From Rhodosorus marinus CCMP1338 (taxonomy: Eukaryota > Plantae > Rhodophyta): a DNA stretch of 64,000 nucleotides. Location of the stretch: NCBI GenBank assembly GCA_029953675.1, contig JAMWBK010000001.1:2418001-2482000 (forward strand), written 5' to 3'. A program made the position numbers and the translations under genes. How positions within the stretch are numbered: position 1 is the stretch's first letter; every line of letters starts with the position of its first letter. The notes beneath the pieces are model-generated. The model did not search any database, was not told where the DNA came from, and saw only the letters and a program-made list of their open reading frames with translations. Below, in pieces: positions 59,868 to 64,000 of this stretch.

Positions 59868-59960
59868 TGTATAAACGCTGCTTATTTTTTTGATGCCAGA
59901 GGCGCACGATCTTCGCGCCGCCTTGTCTTTTTTCTCCTCCCCGCCAGGTTCCATTTTTGA
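59868..59960 (+). mobile_element. Family A short degenerate 3' copy
   Basis: gtataaacgctgct..gatgccagaggcgcacgatcttcgc..gtcttttttctc. Confidence 0.6.
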
Positions 59961-60086
59961 TCTGCCCAAAGACAGATTGAATATGTTTTGTTAGTCGGAG
60001 TCTAAAAATAACCCAAACCCCAGACAAGCTCTTGAAACTGTTGGAAAAGGCACTTCAACTGGGCATCAGCGGTCGTATCGATACGG

Positions 60087-60450
60087 TCACGGTATAGCCG
60101 ATATAGTGATGGTATACGGTAGATAGAAAGTATCATTTACTCCATGCGGTATTTGCATGGCACATGCTGAAGCGGAAGGGGTGAGAAATCCTGAGGCCGA
60201 CACCTGCGGGTACGTATCGACATGTAACCACTCGAAGATACCCAGAGGATGCATGGGAGTACTTGAGCCCAAGTAGTGGGCCCGCTGGGTAGGGATGAAT
60301 GAAAAAGACCACCGAGGTTTCAGACAGCAATACTGAGGTCAACTCCACCATTACGAAGCAAGATTCGTCGTCTTTTCTGGGCTTTTCTTACAGAAACGAA
60401 TGAATGTGTTGGACGGTGATGATGTAGCGCCCTTAGCATAGTTGGAATAA
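60087..60450 (-). pseudogene. Possible decayed LTR-retrotransposon integrase fragment
   Basis: PMHPLGIFEWLHVDTYP..SGF resembles the start of the rve core (P..PFE.LH.D). The rest is frameshifted and weak. Confidence 0.3.
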
Positions 60451-60713
60451 CCGGCAGGATAGCGTAGTGAGGATAGTATATCCGATAGATAGATAGCATA
60501 CTGTACACGTGAGTTAGAATCACTGAGGGCCTCGCGGATAGGCTGCCATGCATTGGTGGACATTGATTAATAAGGCACCAGTGGTAGGCCTTTGAGACAC
60601 GGAGCAGTAGACGAAGGCACTGAAGTTAGGGGAAAACACGACTGAGGTCTAATTTTCTCACAGAATGAATGTGCTTAGTCTGATACGCGTGGAATGAAAC
60701 CTTGCTTATAGAG

Positions 60714-61214
60714 CAAGGTTTCATTCCACGCGTATCCTTTACCCGTCGCGGACTTTCAAAATGATGAACGCCGTGTAGCCGACCTGGTGATCACCTGTGA
60801 CGACAGCCGCCGTACCACATACGTTGATCTTGTTGTTCCTAACCCTCAAGCTAGTCGTTATCTCCCGGCTGCGGGGGAGCGCCGTGGATCTGCCGCCGCC
60901 AGCATGAGACGCCGCAAAGAGATCAAATACGCGGGGGCTTTGTCTTCCCCTGGTGTTCGTGCTTCGGCACTAGCACATCGCTTGGTACCCCTGATCATTG
61001 AGTGCTTTGGGTTCATGGACTCTGTTGGTTCTCGCTGGCTTCGGGAGTTGTTCCGCGAACGCCCTGACCGTCTTCAATCGTTGTTTACCCGCTTAAGTTT
61101 CCTGCTGTGGCGCATGAATGCCGCTTTGATTTTGGAGGCGCGAGTACTTCGCCGCGCTTAGTCTTTTTCTCCCCTCGGGGTTTTTTTTTCAGCCTCCGAT
61201 TAAACCATTCGTTC
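60714..61214 (+). mobile_element. Family A young insertion with a 10-bp TSD and a 23-nt inverted flank copy at its 5' end
   Basis: TSD gcttatagag at 60704-60713 and 61215-61224. Family A sequence begins at ~60737; ORF 60787-61161. Confidence 0.95.
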
Positions 61215-61235
61215 GCTTATAGAGAGTGTGAGAAA

Positions 61236-61312
61236 TGGGATCGGCGGGGTCAACGTACCTAATACGGCGGCTATCGTCACAGGTGACAAGAGGTCGGCCA
61301 CTAGGTGCTCGC
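61236..61312 (-). mobile_element. Diverged internal family A-like RLE fragment
   Basis: Reverse complement gtggccgacctcttgtcacctgtgacgatagccgccgtattaggtacgttgac matches gtagccgacctggtgatcacctgtgacgacagccgccgtaccacatacgttgat. Confidence 0.7.
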
Positions 61313-61629
61313 CATTTCTCCAACCAGCGAAGTTATATTTGTTTTTAAATAAATAAGATCTCCAAAAATAGATTTCGTAACCGTTCTGGCGCACGAGATT
61401 TATGTGCACTGACATAGAACAGAGAAAAAAAAAAATCTCGTCCGGGCGAATTGCAACCGAAGGTTTCCACAACTGTTAAGCTATTAATAGCAAAAGCCCC
61501 GTCGTTGGCTAGTTTTGAGTGTTTCGGGTTGATAGATTCCCTTCGTTCTCATTGGCTTTCGGAGTGACGCCGCGAACCGCCTGACAGCATTTGCCGGAAG
61601 TCTTGGGTTGCCCTTGAAAAGGATTTACG

Positions 61630-62660
61630 CTGTGGTTTGGGGTGGGTTTTGGCTCATTTTTGGGTCAGAAATTGTTTGCTCGTGAGAGGCGCTGCCTCCC
61701 GTACTCTTCTTCCCGCTTTGTTCCTGGTGCGTGGGTGGTTTGTGCGCCTTCTCTCCTCCCGCGGGGTGGTGGCGGAGTGGTCTAGGTCTTCTGTGCGGGA
61801 TATACGGGTCAATTCGCGGGGCTTTTGTGGTGAAACTGTGAGAAACAGTTTCACCACAAAAGGTTGAATTTCTCCGCCCGTTGTGGAGGCTGGCGCGGCC
61901 GGCACGCTCGTTGAATTGCGCGTGGGCGCATTCAGCACCAGGACCACTCTTACGCACTGCGACGAAGCATCGTCGCACGAACTGTTCGCGAAACTGACCA
62001 GCCTTCTTGTCGTTTCTTTCCGGGAGCACCGTCCGCCCCTGTTGTAGACGTATTTGGGGAACTTCCAGTCTAACGCCGGTGCCTGCGTCCACTCCCTTGC
62101 CGATACTCCGGCGGGGAGCTCTGTCCCGCGCCTTTCTGCTGCTCGCGCGGAACATGCCGCCCCGACAATTCCTGATCCCACTGTGCCTCCCCTGGATGTT
62201 GGCCAACCCGCCCATGGTCCGTCTTTGGAGCCGAATCCTGCGCCTACAGGTTTCTCGATTCTCCCTCCCCTCGGATTCCCAGGTCCTTCGGTTTCCAGGT
62301 CCTTCGGCGTGATTCCTCTGAACAACGCACGACGGCCATACTGCGCGTGATGACCTCTCCTGTGACCACTCCTGCGTCCTCTCGCCAGTTTTCGCCGATT
62401 GCTCTCGCCTGGATGACGAACGTGCGCTCGCAGACCCCTCCCGATGTCTGGGCCGCACTCTCGTGCACAACCGTGATTTCCGTGGGACCATAGCTTCCTC
62501 ACTTGGAGTCCCTCCATCAGAGTTCCTTTTCGTGGATTTCACTGGGCCTCATGTCTGGTTTCTCGTCACCAAGAATGCCTATCAATTCTTTACCTCGCTT
62601 CTCGCCACTCGTCAGCCTCAGCGCTCTGCCCTCGCGAACATGATCCCAACTCGCCTGGGG
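61630..62660 (+). mobile_element. 5' part of a retroelement with decayed ORF1 homolog, truncated at the G-rich motif
   Basis: CVHSLADTP and DFRGTIASSLGVPPSEFLFVDF align by eye with CLYQLADSP (near 63950) and DYKKVL-ALGLPAHLIAHIDF (near 48830). Confidence 0.55.
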
Positions 62661-62676
62661 TTACTTTAGTCTGGGG

Positions 62677-63330
62677 TACGTCTGCATCACTGCCGAACGT
62701 CGTCAGGTATGCGAACAAAGCGACATGATGCAATAAAAATGGAGCTGAACCGATGGATACACCTTTGGAATTTTACGGACCTATAAGTGGAGCCGCAAGG
62801 GTTCTTTTCTGGGTCAGGTATTCGGCCAGATATTGTAGCAAGGCATCCGACGAGCGGGCATGTGTACGTGGTGGACGTAATGGTGACGTCGCCGCTTCAA
62901 CGTCATCAACGAGACAAACGAGCTGGAGAAACGGATATGCAGCGGCGAAAGGGGAGCAAAGCAAAGTAGCGCACTACCATGAGGTAATACGCGCTGAAGG
63001 CAGGGAGGTGATACTCGTACCATTCATTGTTGAGACGTACGGAAGGCTGTGACAGGCAGGACTAGAGTTTCTGCGAAAGGCCACTGCTCATCTTCATGAT
63101 CGTGGAACACACCTAACATCGGTGAGGGATCAACTAAATCGGATTCTGTGGCAGCGTAATGCTGCGCTAGTTGAGCACACGATCGAGAAAGATCGCGCGG
63201 GTAGAGCAACATTTCCCTTGAGTAGAACTTAGATGAGAGCCCTGGACAGGGGGTCCAAGTGAGTTTAGGTCGAATACATAGTAGTGGTATTGCGCTGCGG
63301 TAGGTAGCTGCCGAATAAAGGCTACGGGGT
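62677..63330 (+). mobile_element. Family D RLE retrotransposon, 5'-truncated and decayed
   Basis: LHHC..GMRTKRHDAI, IRPDIV..VVDVMVTSP, PFIVETYGRL, ILWQRNAALV, with stops and a frameshift. 3' end near gaataaag. Confidence 0.85.
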
Positions 63331-63334
63331 TAGC

Positions 63335-63423
63335 TTACGGTTACGTTAGTCTGGGGTGTAGCACTAGTATACGCTGCAGTAGGCAGCTGCCCAGTAAAGT
63401 TTACGGTTACGTTAGTCTGGGGT
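63335..63423 (+). repeat. Two exact copies of ttacggttacgttagtctggggt (63335-63357, 63401-63423)
   Basis: Read directly. Each follows a similar gctgc.gtagg.agctgcc..taaag segment. Confidence 0.95.
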
Positions 63424-63451
63424 TGTCTGGAGTTTTTGGGAGGCGTTTCTG

Positions 63452-64000
63452 GTGATTTTCGCTGCGCTAGGTGTCTCGTGTTGCTTTTTAGAGGCAGTGA
63501 CACTCCTGGGCCACCGCGCTTCGTACCTTGGCGAGCTTTCGGTTAAGCTCTGTGGTTGGCGTGGAGCGAAGTTGGAATTCGGAAACCAGAAGAATATGAT
63601 AGTGCGGGAGGTGCGGGGGCCGTACCCAGAGCCAATTCTCATCCCCGGTTCACCGGCACCGGGTCCCGTGGAAGTGTTACATGCACTGCAGCACCGCGCT
63701 GTGTGAGCAGAGCAGCAACCAAGGACATCGACACCAGCAGAAGACGTTACGCAGGCGGGAAGCAGGAATGAGACTGATGCCACTAATGGTCCAGCCGCCT
63801 CTTTCATGCAACAGCTGCGCACCTGTGACCAGTTTTGTCATGGTGTGGGCATTGGGGAAGCAGCCGTCCAGGAGTTCTACAAGGCGATCTTTAAGTTGTA
63901 CTCCCGCATTGGGAGCACCAACGACCTCACTGGCGTCACTCGATGCCTCTACCAGCTAGCAGACTCACCCCAGACGTGGACTTGGGGCCAGGGAAGCGAG
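63452..64000 (+). CDS. ORF1-like protein running off the window end (in-frame TGA at 63704-63706)
   Basis: Open from 63707: FMQQLRTCDQFCHGVGIGEAAVQEFYKAIFKLYSRIGSTNDLTGVTRCLYQLADSPQTW, which aligns with LLGKLSTYTEFYCNSGVSEGELERFFAGFYNVYSRAANTDDLKGINARLEALGEHPTWW at 48.2-48.4 kb. Confidence 0.6.

Noticed and set aside
61625-62542. Minus-strand ORFs of 305 and 287 aa as genes
   Set aside because: They are Arg/Ser/Gly-rich antisense shadows of the plus-strand ORF1-like sequence and carry no motifs.
1-64000. snRNA, spliced-leader or rRNA targets for the RLE elements
   Set aside because: No U1/U2/U5/U6, SL or rRNA signature sequences were recognised at any junction by eye. A covariance-model search was not possible.

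Overview
This is eukaryotic nuclear DNA, about 50% GC, with short GT-AG introns that often carry CTAAC/CTAAT branch points. Gene content suggests a red alga, but that is inference. The window has three zones. (i) The left flank (1-27 kb) is rich in transposable elements (TEs) and holds intronless, bacterial-type genes: two ~1,250-aa secreted glucose/sorbosone-dehydrogenase + Ig-like + NPCBM paralogs, two MDR-family oxidoreductase paralogs and a secreted beta-propeller-like protein. (ii) The core (27.5-46.4 kb) is TE-poor and intron-rich: tRNA-Trp, ERGIC3/Erv46, an SLC25A44-like carrier, a CLC channel and unknown membrane proteins. (iii) The right flank (47-64 kb) is TE-rich, with a ZIP transporter and a Cys-rich secreted protein. 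The dominant mobile DNA is at least four families (here A-D) of CRE/MoTeR-like non-LTR retrotransposons with a restriction-like endonuclease (RLE), mostly 5'-truncated. A ~130-bp MITE and Ty3/gypsy relics are also present. The most striking unexplained structure is a recurring 16-nt G-rich motif, TTACGTTAGTCTGGGG. Its good copies are all G-rich on the + strand and sit at junctions between head-to-tail retroelement pieces that share an unrecognised ORF1 protein. It is a candidate telomere repeat or target site of a telomere-associated retrotransposon system. Junction-level evidence of mechanism is also visible: a snap-back inverted copy of flanking DNA at a 5' junction, and 10-12-bp target-site duplications (TSDs) at self-targeted insertions. 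All alignments and folds were done by eye.
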